DNA from: an uncultured Candidatus Saccharibacteria bacterium
GTDB lineage: Bacteria > Patescibacteriota > Minisyncoccia > Phycocordibacterales > Phycocordibacteraceae
Assembly (NCBI GenBank): GCA_964499455.1
Contig: CAZCLC010000003.1
Coordinates: 1 to 53,311 of the forward strand
Length of the DNA stretch: 53,311 bases
Direction: 5' to 3'
The notes beneath the pieces are model-generated. The model searched no databases, was not told where the DNA came from, and saw nothing but the letters and a program-made list of their open reading frames with translations. The position numbers and the translations under genes are program-made. Shown in pieces: positions 29,201-39,371 of this stretch; positions within the stretch are counted from its first letter, which is position 1, and each line of letters begins with the position of its first letter.

Positions 29201-31126
29201 TTATGAATCTTGTTCAGAAATATCTTTTTTATCTTTCGCGGACTCTTTGAGTATTTTTTCAATCGTATCAACAAACTTTTCTTTATCATCTTTTGTTGCA
29301 TCCTTAATAATCTTTTTTGCTACGTCTTTACGCCATTTACTACCGTACATACCAAGACCATAACTAAGTTCTCGCATGTTCTTTGCATATAATATCTGGG
29401 GGAAGTTTTTTGATTCACGTTCTTTCATTTCGGATGTCTTTTTTGCAACATTTGCTTCACGCTTTGTTTGTTCGGTAGTAAATTGTTTATTAACATCCTC
29501 AGTTTGTTTTGTTTGCTGATTTATTATATCGTTCTTCTGTGTTTGCAATGTTTGCAGATCTTGCTTGAGTTCAGCTAAGTCATTAGGTGATTTTATAAAA
29601 GTAGAATTAATGGAATCTTCTATTTCTTTAATTTTAGTATCTATTTTTTTAAGTTCAGCGTCACTGTCTTCATTTATTTTCTCTATAGTATTATCAAACT
29701 TTTCTTTTTCGTTTGTGTTTATGTCTTGAAGTATCGTTACCCCTTCTTTCATTCGTTCCGTCTCTTCCTTATCTGCTTTTGTAGGTCTGAGACTCTTCGA
29801 ATATTCCTCAGTTTTCTTAATCTTCTCTTCTTCTGCGCCTCTATACCCTCCTGTTTTTGTTTTTCCCGCACCAATTCCTAACGCACTAAGTCCACCACCA
29901 ATCTTTGTGGCACGTACATCAAAACTTGATTTTGCTGCCCTATCCAACATATCGCCACCAATTCTTCCAAATACCGCACTTCTCCCAATTTTTGAGCTTC
30001 TCCATTTTTCAGAAAGACGTTGACCACTCCATCCGATTGTTTTCTGACCTAACCATCCTACCTGACCAAATGTTGCTCGCCCGCTTATTTTGGTTGCGAA
30101 ACCAGCTGCTTTATTAGATAAACTTTTTGCTACAATGAGAGATACAATAAGTAAACCAATTATAACGGAAAAAGTTAAAAGTAATCCTGACATTGATGTC
30201 GTACCTGGACTGCTCACAGCCGTCCCGTAATTTACTCCGCCAGTAATTGAACTAACAAATGTGCTTTGTGCCATTTTTGTTACCACAAGAAGAAATAATA
30301 ATAATACAGGAGCTAATATTGTTTGGCTTGCAAGAACATGCCACCATTTTTTTCCATAAGAGCTTATAAGTGGTATGCCGGCAAGACCGATGAAACCGAT
30401 AGGTGAAACAATTAAGAGAAACAGTAACACTACAAATCTGGAAATAAGCATGATTGCAATAGCTCCAAATACAAATGCCAATATGAGAAACATAATAATT
30501 CCCAGCAATGCGATCTCTACTTTTTGTCCTGCAGGGAGCTTCGCATTTACTGTACTATATATACTACTTGTTTTTACTGCAGTCATTACTGCGTTTGATA
30601 TTGGCTCAGGGCTTGCGTTAAATGATGTTGGGATAGAGCCACCGTTTATTTGTGCATAAAATTGCGTCGCAAACACATTTCCAGTATCAACGATAAATTC
30701 GGTAAAAAATAGTGAAAAATTCAGTAGTATGGCAACGAGAAGCAGTTTTGGTAATACTTTTTTTGCTCCATAGGTTACATTATCAAGTATCGTTGCGATA
30801 CCGATGGCGATAAAACCAAATACAAGCAAAATGTTTCCAAGGTCGCGGAATAAAGCCCATGCTGTTTGTAGACTTCCAATATCCTTAATATAATATCCCA
30901 TGCGAACAACAGTGTAATACATCGATGCTCCCATAAGTGTTGCTGCAAATTCTACAAGCCAATGGAAAGGTGTCATGAGCATAAGAAGCATATCTGACAG
31001 AATTCCAGGTGAACTGGTATTAGACGCAAATACAAATGAAGTTGGGAACACAATAAATATGAACATTAATACAATTAATGTTGTCAGCTTTTTTTGTGTA
31101 AAATATTTCTGTAAATATATAAGCAT
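29201..31126 (-). CDS. VirB6/TrbL-like polytopic membrane protein with C-terminal coiled coil
   Basis: WALFRDLGN, AILLNFSLF, RFVVLLFLLIVSPIGF, WW motif, about 7 TM, charged coiled-coil tail. Confidence 0.72.
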   Translation of the reverse strand: MLIYLQKYFTQKKLTTLIVLMFIFIVFPTSFVFASNTSSPGILSDMLLMLMTPFHWLVEFAATLMGASMYYTVVRMGYYIKDIGSLQTAWALFRDLGNILLVFGFIAIGIATILDNVTYGAKKVLPKLLLVAILLNFSLFFTEFIVDTGNVFATQFYAQINGGSIPTSFNASPEPISNAVMTAVKTSSIYSTVNAKLPAGQKVEIALLGIIMFLILAFVFGAIAIMLISRFVVLLFLLIVSPIGFIGLAGIPLISSYGKKWWHVLASQTILAPVLLLFLLVVTKMAQSTFVSSITGGVNYGTAVSSPGTTSMSGLLLTFSVIIGLLIVSLIVAKSLSNKAAGFATKISGRATFGQVGWLGQKTIGWSGQRLSEKWRSSKIGRSAVFGRIGGDMLDRAAKSSFDVRATKIGGGLSALGIGAGKTKTGGYRGAEEEKIKKTEEYSKSLRPTKADKEETERMKEGVTILQDINTNEKEKFDNTIEKINEDSDAELKKIDTKIKEIEDSINSTFIKSPNDLAELKQDLQTLQTQKNDIINQQTKQTEDVNKQFTTEQTKREANVAKKTSEMKERESKNFPQILYAKNMRELSYGLGMYGSKWRKDVAKKIIKDATKDDKEKFVDTIEKILKESAKDKKDISEQDS

Positions 31127-31137
31127 ATATTATTCTT

Positions 31138-32703
31138 CTATGAACCACCCCAGTTATTTGAATTAGACGAATTCAAATTATTGATACACTGCTGCACTTG
31201 TGTTTGTAGTACTTGAAGTTCAAGGTTTGCACTTTGTGCAATTTTGTTCATAGTACCAACAGTTGTTGTCATACCTTCAAATGATAGACTATTAGTCTGC
31301 GCTTGTGAGATTTGTTGTACCGTTGGTAATGTACCGTCCGTAATTATTTTTTGAAATTCTGCGCCAACTGCCGCTATTGATGTTGCAGACCCACTGTTTA
31401 TCGCAACTTGTGCATTAGATTTTATTTGTTCAAGTTTAATAAGCCCGGTTCTCGCTGATGTGATAGATACTTGTGTCTCCGAATACTTAATGATAACACC
31501 ATTAAGAGATGCTTTTGCGGTTACAATATTTGAGTATGGTACAGGACACGAGCTGTTTGGTGATGTGTAGTTAATCAATGAGCGTAGAGCATTTTCTGCA
31601 CGACTTTCTGAACTAAGAATCTTTTGTAGGTTTGATATATATTGATGTATGTTACTCTCTTTACGGTTTATAGCATTTTGTAAAGATGTGTTTATTTGGC
31701 TAAGGCTTCCTGTTGGAGTTCCGTTTTTGTATTGACTGATATAAGATGAACTGCCTCCTTGAGACAGAGATGCTATACCAAGTAATCCACCCCCACTTCC
31801 ACCTCCTATTGCTTTTGAAACAAGGTTTTGTGCGAGATTACCTATAATTTCACTAATTTCATCAGCAGATACAAGAGAGCTAATTCCTGAGCCAAGAGCT
31901 TTATCAAGCTGTGCTTTAATTACACTACCAGGTGTTTGTATAGAACAGCTTGTACCATCACTATTACAGTTTGTTTTAGACAAAAAGCCTTGTGCCCAAT
32001 TTGCTTCTACCACTTTGTTTGTTTGAGCATTTGATACACTTGTATTAAGTGCGTTATTTGCTCCCTCGTATGCATAGTATGGATTATTGTTACTGTTTGC
32101 ATTTATTGCTTTCCATCCATTCCATCCACCTGCACCGAAGTCTCCATTGAGGAAAGCGTGCGTGTTTGGTACTGTATTAGACAGTGTTTCGGTGTGTGCA
32201 GACCAATAATTAGAAGCTGTATTTTTAGTGTATGTAGTATTTACAGCATTTGCGATAGTTCTATTATAAGATTGAGAGTATGATGAACCGGTTCCTGCGC
32301 CAGTAACAAATCTGTTTTCAGCAAAATCACCGGTTTGCCCGATATATTTTTTAAGATTGGTCACAAAGCCAGGTCCACTAGTACCGTTTTGGTTAATATG
32401 ATGTTCTGCGATATTTGTTACAAGATCGCTTGTGATTGATCGTAATGTAGATTTTGCTATTATCCACGCAATAGGGTCAAGTGCATACTCTTTTGTAACA
32501 AGTGACGCGGTAAGAATATTTCCAGCTACGATTTTAATGCCATTAATAATTGTTTTTGCCACTACTGTCGGGTCAAGTACAATACCCAAAAATGCATACA
32601 CTGGTCTTGGCGCGGAAACAAACATACCACCAGCAAGAATAAGAAGCATGCTTATTCCTATTAATGTACGCTTGGCATCTTGTTGTAAATTATGTACACT
32701 CAT
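31138..32703 (-). CDS. Secreted Asn/Ser/Gly-rich helical protein (possible VirB5/TrbJ-like)
   Basis: Signal peptide ending VYA-F; VLDP, KEYALDPIAW and QTPGS; adjacent to the VirB6-like gene. Confidence 0.55.
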   Translation of the reverse strand: MSVHNLQQDAKRTLIGISMLLILAGGMFVSAPRPVYAFLGIVLDPTVVAKTIINGIKIVAGNILTASLVTKEYALDPIAWIIAKSTLRSITSDLVTNIAEHHINQNGTSGPGFVTNLKKYIGQTGDFAENRFVTGAGTGSSYSQSYNRTIANAVNTTYTKNTASNYWSAHTETLSNTVPNTHAFLNGDFGAGGWNGWKAINANSNNNPYYAYEGANNALNTSVSNAQTNKVVEANWAQGFLSKTNCNSDGTSCSIQTPGSVIKAQLDKALGSGISSLVSADEISEIIGNLAQNLVSKAIGGGSGGGLLGIASLSQGGSSSYISQYKNGTPTGSLSQINTSLQNAINRKESNIHQYISNLQKILSSESRAENALRSLINYTSPNSSCPVPYSNIVTAKASLNGVIIKYSETQVSITSARTGLIKLEQIKSNAQVAINSGSATSIAAVGAEFQKIITDGTLPTVQQISQAQTNSLSFEGMTTTVGTMNKIAQSANLELQVLQTQVQQCINNLNSSNSNNWGGS

Positions 32704-33767
32704 AGTTTTTGTTGTTGCTGTGTTGCAGTTATTTCATCCATTAGATTTACAAATGATGCTCCAGGATCTCCAGGCTTAAGCACTACTCCAGAAGAACGAA
32801 ATACATCACCCATATCGGTAAACGCCTGAGCAAGTGCCAATGCACTTTTTTTATATTGAGAAAGAGCAAGCATAGTAATAATTGGGTCGGTATTTATTTT
32901 TGCAAGATTATTTATTACACTTGCCATACTCGCGTAAGCATTAATCATTTCAAGATGTGCTTGTACGACTTCTGTTGGAACTGTCATTTGTGCCAACGCA
33001 GCCGCTGCAGCACTACAGATATCAGCGATTGCTTGAATATGTGCAACTGCCGATGTATTAGAATTTTGTGCTGCTTCTTGTAAATATATAAGCACGCCTT
33101 TATCTTGTGATATTGTATGTTTAGAAAATGCCTGTTGCACTCCCGCAGCATACGCGCGCATTGCGGCCGTACCTGACCCACCTATTTTAATTTGAGAAAG
33201 TGTGCGATATGGTGTCGGTGCAGTTACTTGATTATTTAGCTGCAACATAGTTTGTTTTACAACTTCAGTGAGTTGCTGTTTTGAAAGCGCTGACCCTCTA
33301 TTTAATTCTTTTTGTGCTAAGTATATAGAAAAGAAATTTTTCGCAAATATATCTGTAAGAGATCCTTGTGTTGGCACAGGACCATATCCAGTATTGTCGG
33401 CTTTTACTGTTGTTGATGTAGCCGTCTTCGGTAGAGTAAATGCTTTCGGTACTATAAGACCTTTTGCAACAGCTTCCCCATCTGTCATACCAAGTCCGAA
33501 TGTATCTGCTTTATACGGATTTGTTCCATATAACGCTTCTTCCCAATTTGGTAACCCGTCGTGGTCGCTATCTTTATTTGCTAAGGTTTGCAAAAGAGTA
33601 TCGGTAGAGATTGCATCTGCGTGATTAGTAGATAATCCACCGTTTCCTAAAATATACGCACCAACAATAACAACACAGGCAAATAATATTGCCGACACTA
33701 TACCCCATTGTCGTGTTATCCAAGTCACGGTATATATAAGTATACCAAGACAAACAACAATAAGCAC
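32700..33767 (-). CDS. Membrane-anchored protein with a TSP3-like Ca-binding repeat
   Basis: DSDHDGLPNWEEALYGTNP...DTFGLGMTDGEAV; start uncertain (GTG). Confidence 0.7.
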   Translation of the reverse strand: MLIVVCLGILIYTVTWITRQWGIVSAILFACVVIVGAYILGNGGLSTNHADAISTDTLLQTLANKDSDHDGLPNWEEALYGTNPYKADTFGLGMTDGEAVAKGLIVPKAFTLPKTATSTTVKADNTGYGPVPTQGSLTDIFAKNFFSIYLAQKELNRGSALSKQQLTEVVKQTMLQLNNQVTAPTPYRTLSQIKIGGSGTAAMRAYAAGVQQAFSKHTISQDKGVLIYLQEAAQNSNTSAVAHIQAIADICSAAAAALAQMTVPTEVVQAHLEMINAYASMASVINNLAKINTDPIITMLALSQYKKSALALAQAFTDMGDVFRSSGVVLKPGDPGASFVNLMDEITATQQQQKL

Positions 33768-33776
33768 ACGATAATA

Positions 33777-34574
33777 TTAGGTTGGGTGTGTATTAATATT
33801 TGTTATAAAATATTGAGTGAGTTCGTACCATTTTTTAACAGAAACATCTTCCGCTCGTATGTTTGGTGCGATGCCAGTAGCGGAAAGTGCACTTTCCGCT
33901 ACTGTGAGGTCTCTAATTCCAGCCAGATTACTTACTAATTTTTTACGCTTATGAGAAAATCCCGCGTGTATAATATCAAAAAAATATTTTGCTTCACGTT
34001 CATTTGAAAATGGAGAATGTATATTTCGTATTGAAAGTACAGCAGAATCAACTGTTGGAGCAGGTAAAAACGCCCCGCGCGGTACAGTGAATTCATAATG
34101 CGGATTACCATATACCTTTACTGAAATAGACAAAATGCTTTCTTTTTTTGATCGCGCAATACGTTCGGCGACTTCCTTTTGTACTAAAAGGACCATACGT
34201 TGTGGACGGCACATTGTTTCAAGGAATAATCGTAATATGTTACTTGTTAGATAATATGGTATGTTAGCCACTAATATATATGGTTTAGATATTACACACG
34301 GAACAAAAGTACGAATATCTTGATGTTGAACATTAAGTACTCCGCGCGAAATTGCCACAGTGAATTTTTTATCAAGAACATTTATAAGATTCTTGTCCGT
34401 TTCAAGCGCAAGAACATATCCAGCTTTTTCAATAAGCGCTTTTGTAAGTATTCCAGTACCTGGTCCTATTTCTACAACAGTATCGTTTAGAGTAATTTTT
34501 GCTGTATCAACAATACGCTCCGCAATATGCTTATGCAAAAGAAAATGTTGCCCAAGTGATTTTTTTGCATGCAT
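33777..34574 (-). CDS. rsmA: 16S rRNA dimethyladenosine transferase RsmA/KsgA
   Basis: AKKSLGQHFL, EIGPGTG, VANIPY, QKEVAER, FLPAPTVDSA. Confidence 0.96.
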   Translation of the reverse strand: MHAKKSLGQHFLLHKHIAERIVDTAKITLNDTVVEIGPGTGILTKALIEKAGYVLALETDKNLINVLDKKFTVAISRGVLNVQHQDIRTFVPCVISKPYILVANIPYYLTSNILRLFLETMCRPQRMVLLVQKEVAERIARSKKESILSISVKVYGNPHYEFTVPRGAFLPAPTVDSAVLSIRNIHSPFSNEREAKYFFDIIHAGFSHKRKKLVSNLAGIRDLTVAESALSATGIAPNIRAEDVSVKKWYELTQYFITNINTHPT

Positions 34575-34578
34575 AACA

Positions 34579-36486
34579 TTATGAATATATTATCTGTTCA
34601 TTTATACGCGTATCATACTTCATAGATGTAATATTCATGTCTTGAATAAAAGATGATGGTTTCTGTGCATAATCGGTACCGTATATGCGTCTAACTTGCG
34701 CAAGAGTTAATACAAGTCGCCGTTTTGCACGCGTTATCGCAACATAGCAAAGGCGTCGCTCCTCCTCTTCATCACGTACTTCATTTCCAACACGTTCGTG
34801 AGGAAATAATCCTTCTTCCATTCCAGTTATAAACACTGTATCAAATTCAAGCCCTTTTGCTGCATGCACTGTCATAATAACTACTCCTGATGTTTGTGTG
34901 TGTCTATCAAGTTCATCTTGGTCACTTGCCAAAGCTGCGTCTGTCAAAAAATCTGAAATACTATTTTTCCCGGGAGTTGCATCATAACGGCTAGCAAGGG
35001 TTGCAAGCTCGCGCATATTTTCAAGTCTTTCCTGTCCATCTTTCCCTTCCAGTAGGCATTTTGCTTGTAGTCCGCTTTCTTCTATTACTAATTGTACAAA
35101 AAGAGACGGAGTAAGTTTCTCAGCTTCATGCGCGAATTTTTCAATTAGACGTTCAAAAAAATCAATACACCTACGTTCTCTTAGATTAAGTGAATCTCGT
35201 TGACCAGAGAGCATCTTTCCGAGCGTTATTTTACCGATACCGCGTGGTGGTGATTGTACAGCACGAATACGGTCAACCTCAATATCCGGATCAAGTGTAA
35301 TACGTATCCATGAAAGAACATCCTTCACTTCTTTTCGTTCAAAAAATTTAGTTCCAATAAGTCGATAAGGTATTCCAGCACGAAGCAATCCTTCTTCAAG
35401 AGCTCGCGATTGGAAATTCGCGCGAAACAATATTGCAATATTTTCCGGAAGAATACCGCTTCGCAGTTCTTTTTGTATTTCTTGTGCTATCCATAAAGCC
35501 TCTTTATCCTCTGTTGCAGCTATATATGTTGTAATTGGCAGTCCAATAGGATTATCAGTGACAGAATTTTTTTCTTTTCTATTTTTATTGTGTGCAATAA
35601 GAGCATTTGCTGCATTGATAATCGTTTTTGAAGAACGGTAGTTGTACTCAAGTATTATAGTTTTTGCATCTGGATATGTATCTTCAAATGAAAGTAAATT
35701 TTTTATTGTTGCACCGCGCCATGTATAAATTGTTTGGTCAATATCTCCTACAACAAAGATATTTCTATGTTTTGCAGCTATTGTTGTTGCAATAAATCCC
35801 TGTGTTTCGTTTGTATCCTGATATTCATCTATATGTACATATCTAAATTGTTCTTGTACGGCATGTCGTACATCCTCATGTTCTTTAAGCATCCGCGCGG
35901 GAAGAACAATAAGGTCTTCAAAATCAAGTGCTTTTTGTTTGCGTAGAGCTGACTCATATTGTGGCCATACATTTTCAATTACTCGCGCCTGAAAGCTTTT
36001 GTGATCATCTTTCTCTAAAAATTCCTCTATAGAAACACTAGATCCTTTTGCTTTTGCAATTTGAGAGAGAACACCACGTGGTGGTACTTCTTTAGGATTA
36101 ATACTAAGAGATTCAAGTATTTTTTTTATCATTCGTTCGGAATCTTTACGGTTAACTATAACTGTGTGACGTGGTATTCCAATGGTGTTACCATATTTTT
36201 CAAGTAATATTCTCCCAAAGCCATGAAAAGTTACTACAAGTGGCGAATGTTCACGTTGCATATTTTCTATGCCAATACGTTCACGCATTTCGCGCGCCGC
36301 CTTATTAGTAAATGTTACAGCAAGGATGTTTTCTGCTGGTACATTTTTTTCTTCCAAAAGATACTGCATACGCGTAGTTAAAACGCGTGTCTTTCCAGAA
36401 CCGGCACCCGCAAGAACTGCTACTGGCCCTTCTGTAGTTAGAACCGCCTCCTTTTGTCTCTCGTTTAATTTTTCTAAAGAAAACAT
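34579..36486 (-). CDS. pcrA: UvrD/PcrA helicase
   Basis: AGAGSGKT, TFTNKAA, DEYQD, VGDIDQTIY, NYRS, MTVHAAKGLEF, EERRLCYVAITRA. Confidence 0.93.
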   Translation of the reverse strand: MFSLEKLNERQKEAVLTTEGPVAVLAGAGSGKTRVLTTRMQYLLEEKNVPAENILAVTFTNKAAREMRERIGIENMQREHSPLVVTFHGFGRILLEKYGNTIGIPRHTVIVNRKDSERMIKKILESLSINPKEVPPRGVLSQIAKAKGSSVSIEEFLEKDDHKSFQARVIENVWPQYESALRKQKALDFEDLIVLPARMLKEHEDVRHAVQEQFRYVHIDEYQDTNETQGFIATTIAAKHRNIFVVGDIDQTIYTWRGATIKNLLSFEDTYPDAKTIILEYNYRSSKTIINAANALIAHNKNRKEKNSVTDNPIGLPITTYIAATEDKEALWIAQEIQKELRSGILPENIAILFRANFQSRALEEGLLRAGIPYRLIGTKFFERKEVKDVLSWIRITLDPDIEVDRIRAVQSPPRGIGKITLGKMLSGQRDSLNLRERRCIDFFERLIEKFAHEAEKLTPSLFVQLVIEESGLQAKCLLEGKDGQERLENMRELATLASRYDATPGKNSISDFLTDAALASDQDELDRHTQTSGVVIMTVHAAKGLEFDTVFITGMEEGLFPHERVGNEVRDEEEERRLCYVAITRAKRRLVLTLAQVRRIYGTDYAQKPSSFIQDMNITSMKYDTRINEQIIYS

Positions 36487-36557
36487 ATTTATTTACTATA
36501 CCTGCAAATGGTCTAAAACAGTAAAAATTGTTCTCAACACTATACATTTCTAACCCA

Positions 36558-36585
36558 TTGACCACACGATACTATGCGCTATAAT
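36558..36585 (+). promoter_or_regulatory. Sigma70-type promoter for the LysM/M23 gene
   Basis: TTGACC (36558-36563), 16 nt spacer, TATAAT (36580-36585). Confidence 0.65.
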
Positions 36586-36643
36586 CTGCGTACAGGAAGA
36601 TATGGAAGAATGATCTAATGGCTTATTAGAGCCGTTTTATGGA

Positions 36644-37825
36644 ATGGATGATTTACCGAATGCCATCAATTTACTTATTTTGCCAACTACACATACCTCC
36701 GTCGAACATTATACAAAGTATCGTTGGAGTGCATATAAAACACCGATTACCGTTATTGGAGTAGTAGTGGTTATTTGTATTTTCATAGCTATTCCAAGAA
36801 ACACTAATGCGTTTTGGTTTTTTCAAAATGCTACGACATACGCACAGGGTATAAATAGTGTTCCAGCATCTTTTAATACAGATATAACAACACTACATGC
36901 GGCAACTAACAGCAATCCTCATGCAGGATCAAATGAAATTGCAATAGCAATAACAGGTAACGCAGCTATTTTAGGAAATGTTAATCCAGAAAGTACATCA
37001 TTTAATAAAATTACTACTCATCCGACAGACGGGCAGATTTCTCTTTACGTGGTTCGTCCGGGTGACTCGCTTTCGGAAATAGCACAAATGTTTGGTGTGT
37101 CCGTAAATACTATTTTGTGGGCGAATAATATTACTGACAGAAACATTATAAAGCCAGGTATGACACTAACTATTCTGCCAATTTCTGGAATACGACACAT
37201 AATTAAAAAAGGAGAAACACTTGCCTCAGTAGCAAAAAGATATCATGGAAACATAAACGATATCGCTTTGTATAATAATATCTCCCCAAACGCCGTGATT
37301 ACTCCTGGTACAACCATACTTATTCCTGGTGGAGAGATGATAGTGGTACCACATACTGTAATTTCCAGAAAGTATTATCATATCACACACGCACCGTCTA
37401 ATCCGTATCGTGGAGGTAGTGGTCCAGTAATTCCAGATTTCTTTGGTAATCCATTACCGGGTGGAATTATCACTCAAGGCTTACATGGTTGGAACGCTGT
37501 TGATATAGGGGCACCGATGTGGACACGAATTCACGCAGCTGCTCCAGGAACAGTTATTATATCGCATGTCGGTGGATGGAATGGCGGGTATGGAAATTAC
37601 GTCGTTATTGATCATGGAAACGGTACACAAACGCTATATGCTCATATGGTACGTGATATATCGCATGTTGGTGAAAGAGTTTCTCGTGGTGAAGTAATCG
37701 GATATGTTGGTATGACTGGCGAAGCGACCGGACCACATTTACATTTTGAAGTACGCGGTGCTTACAATCCGTTCGTATCATGTTCTGTTGGAAGAGCATG
37801 TTATCCAAAAATGCTCGCACACTAA
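36644..37825 (+). CDS. 2x LysM plus M23 peptidoglycan endopeptidase
   Basis: YVVRPGDSLSEIA and HIIKKGETLASVA LysM domains; HGWNAVD, YAH and GPHLHFEV M23 motifs; start uncertain. Confidence 0.92.
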   Translation: MDDLPNAINLLILPTTHTSVEHYTKYRWSAYKTPITVIGVVVVICIFIAIPRNTNAFWFFQNATTYAQGINSVPASFNTDITTLHAATNSNPHAGSNEIAIAITGNAAILGNVNPESTSFNKITTHPTDGQISLYVVRPGDSLSEIAQMFGVSVNTILWANNITDRNIIKPGMTLTILPISGIRHIIKKGETLASVAKRYHGNINDIALYNNISPNAVITPGTTILIPGGEMIVVPHTVISRKYYHITHAPSNPYRGGSGPVIPDFFGNPLPGGIITQGLHGWNAVDIGAPMWTRIHAAAPGTVIISHVGGWNGGYGNYVVIDHGNGTQTLYAHMVRDISHVGERVSRGEVIGYVGMTGEATGPHLHFEVRGAYNPFVSCSVGRACYPKMLAH

Positions 37826-37996
37826 TTTTTACATTGTTGATAAAAGGATAATAAAAAATAAACTCCGCTCGTGTACGTGATCGTATTTTGTATATTTTCT
37901 TCCTTCTATTACATCTAAACCACCTGTTTATTTTATTTATACCCCATTTTAATTTAGACGATACTGTATAAATCTATTTGTGATAAGTTCTATATA

Positions 37997-39328
37997 CTAT
38001 ACGCGTTTAATATGTGCACCGATTGCGTTAAGTCGTCTTTCAATGTGTCCGTATCCGCGGTCAATATGTCGCGCTGCACGAATTATAGTTGTCCCTTGTG
38101 CGATAGTTCCGGCAATAATATAAGCAAGTCCAGCACGTAAATCAGGAGCTTCGAGTTTTTTCCCCGTTAATGCTTTCGGACCACGTATTAATATTCTGTG
38201 CGGATCAAACATAGTAATATCTGCTCCCATACGAACAATATCATCAGCATACCGTAATCTTCCTTCAAATAATGTTTCAAACACCATGCTTTCCCCGACT
38301 GTTTGTGTAAGGAAAACAGTTATAGGTGCTTGTAAGTCTGTTGAGAAGCCGGGGTATTCATGAGTGCGTACTGAAACCGCTTTATATGGAATCAATGATT
38401 TTTTGATTGTCAAAGATGATGAATCACGTTCATATGTTACGCCAGATTCATCAAATAAATCAAGCAGTGCTCGTATATGGTTCGGATTACAATTTGTAAT
38501 TTGTATATGATTTCCTGCCAATGCCGCTAAAATTGCAAAACTTCCAGTTTCAATACGGTCTGGCATAACAGTATAAGACACATCATGTGTATGTAGGGGC
38601 TCCCCATCCCTACCTTCAATAGTGATAGTTGTGGTGCCAACACCTTTTATATTTGCACCACACGCAACCAAATAACGTGATAGATGCTGTATTTCCGGTT
38701 CCATTGCCGCGTTTCTAAGAACAGTTGTACCATGTGCAAGTGTTGCTGCCATTAGCATTGTTTCTGTTGCACCGACACTTGCGAGACGAAAAAAGATATC
38801 TGCTCCATGAAGTCCGTTTGGTGCGGTTATATGATGGTATTCATCATCTTTTGTATGTATAGCTCCCATAAGTTCAAATGAACGAATAAATAGATCAATT
38901 GGACGTGTTCCAATAACACAACCACCTGGATGTGGAAAAGAGACACTTCCATATCGCGCGAGTAATGGACCGGTTAATACAACAGATGCTCTCATTTTTT
39001 TTGCCTCATCTTCTTGTAGAGCCGTATGTGCTTGTTTCGGCGCATGCAAAATTAATCGTTCCTCAGTTTTATCTACTTTTACCCCAACTGTTTCAAGAAG
39101 AGCGTTAAGCGCAACGATATCAAGTACATCTGGTATATTTTTAATAGATACACTGTCTTCAAATAACAGAGAGGCCGCCATTATTTTTAGTGCATCATTT
39201 TTTGCACCATAGATAGGTACTATACCTTCAAGCATGTGCGCTCTATTTTGTCCTTCAATAATAAAAGATTCATTATTCTCTGTAGCCAAGTATGTTTCGT
39301 TTTTTTCTACTATGTTCTCTTTTATCAT
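37997..39328 (-). CDS. murA: UDP-GlcNAc 1-carboxyvinyltransferase
   Basis: GAKND, MRAS, PGGCVIGTRP, SVGATE, AMEPE, PDRIETG, PGFSTDLQ, DLRAG, HIDRGY. Confidence 0.96.
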   Translation of the reverse strand: MIKENIVEKNETYLATENNESFIIEGQNRAHMLEGIVPIYGAKNDALKIMAASLLFEDSVSIKNIPDVLDIVALNALLETVGVKVDKTEERLILHAPKQAHTALQEDEAKKMRASVVLTGPLLARYGSVSFPHPGGCVIGTRPIDLFIRSFELMGAIHTKDDEYHHITAPNGLHGADIFFRLASVGATETMLMAATLAHGTTVLRNAAMEPEIQHLSRYLVACGANIKGVGTTTITIEGRDGEPLHTHDVSYTVMPDRIETGSFAILAALAGNHIQITNCNPNHIRALLDLFDESGVTYERDSSSLTIKKSLIPYKAVSVRTHEYPGFSTDLQAPITVFLTQTVGESMVFETLFEGRLRYADDIVRMGADITMFDPHRILIRGPKALTGKKLEAPDLRAGLAYIIAGTIAQGTTIIRAARHIDRGYGHIERRLNAIGAHIKRV

Positions 39329-39371
39329 ATTTATGATTGTATTAAGTGTAACACTTGTCGCTTTTAGAATC

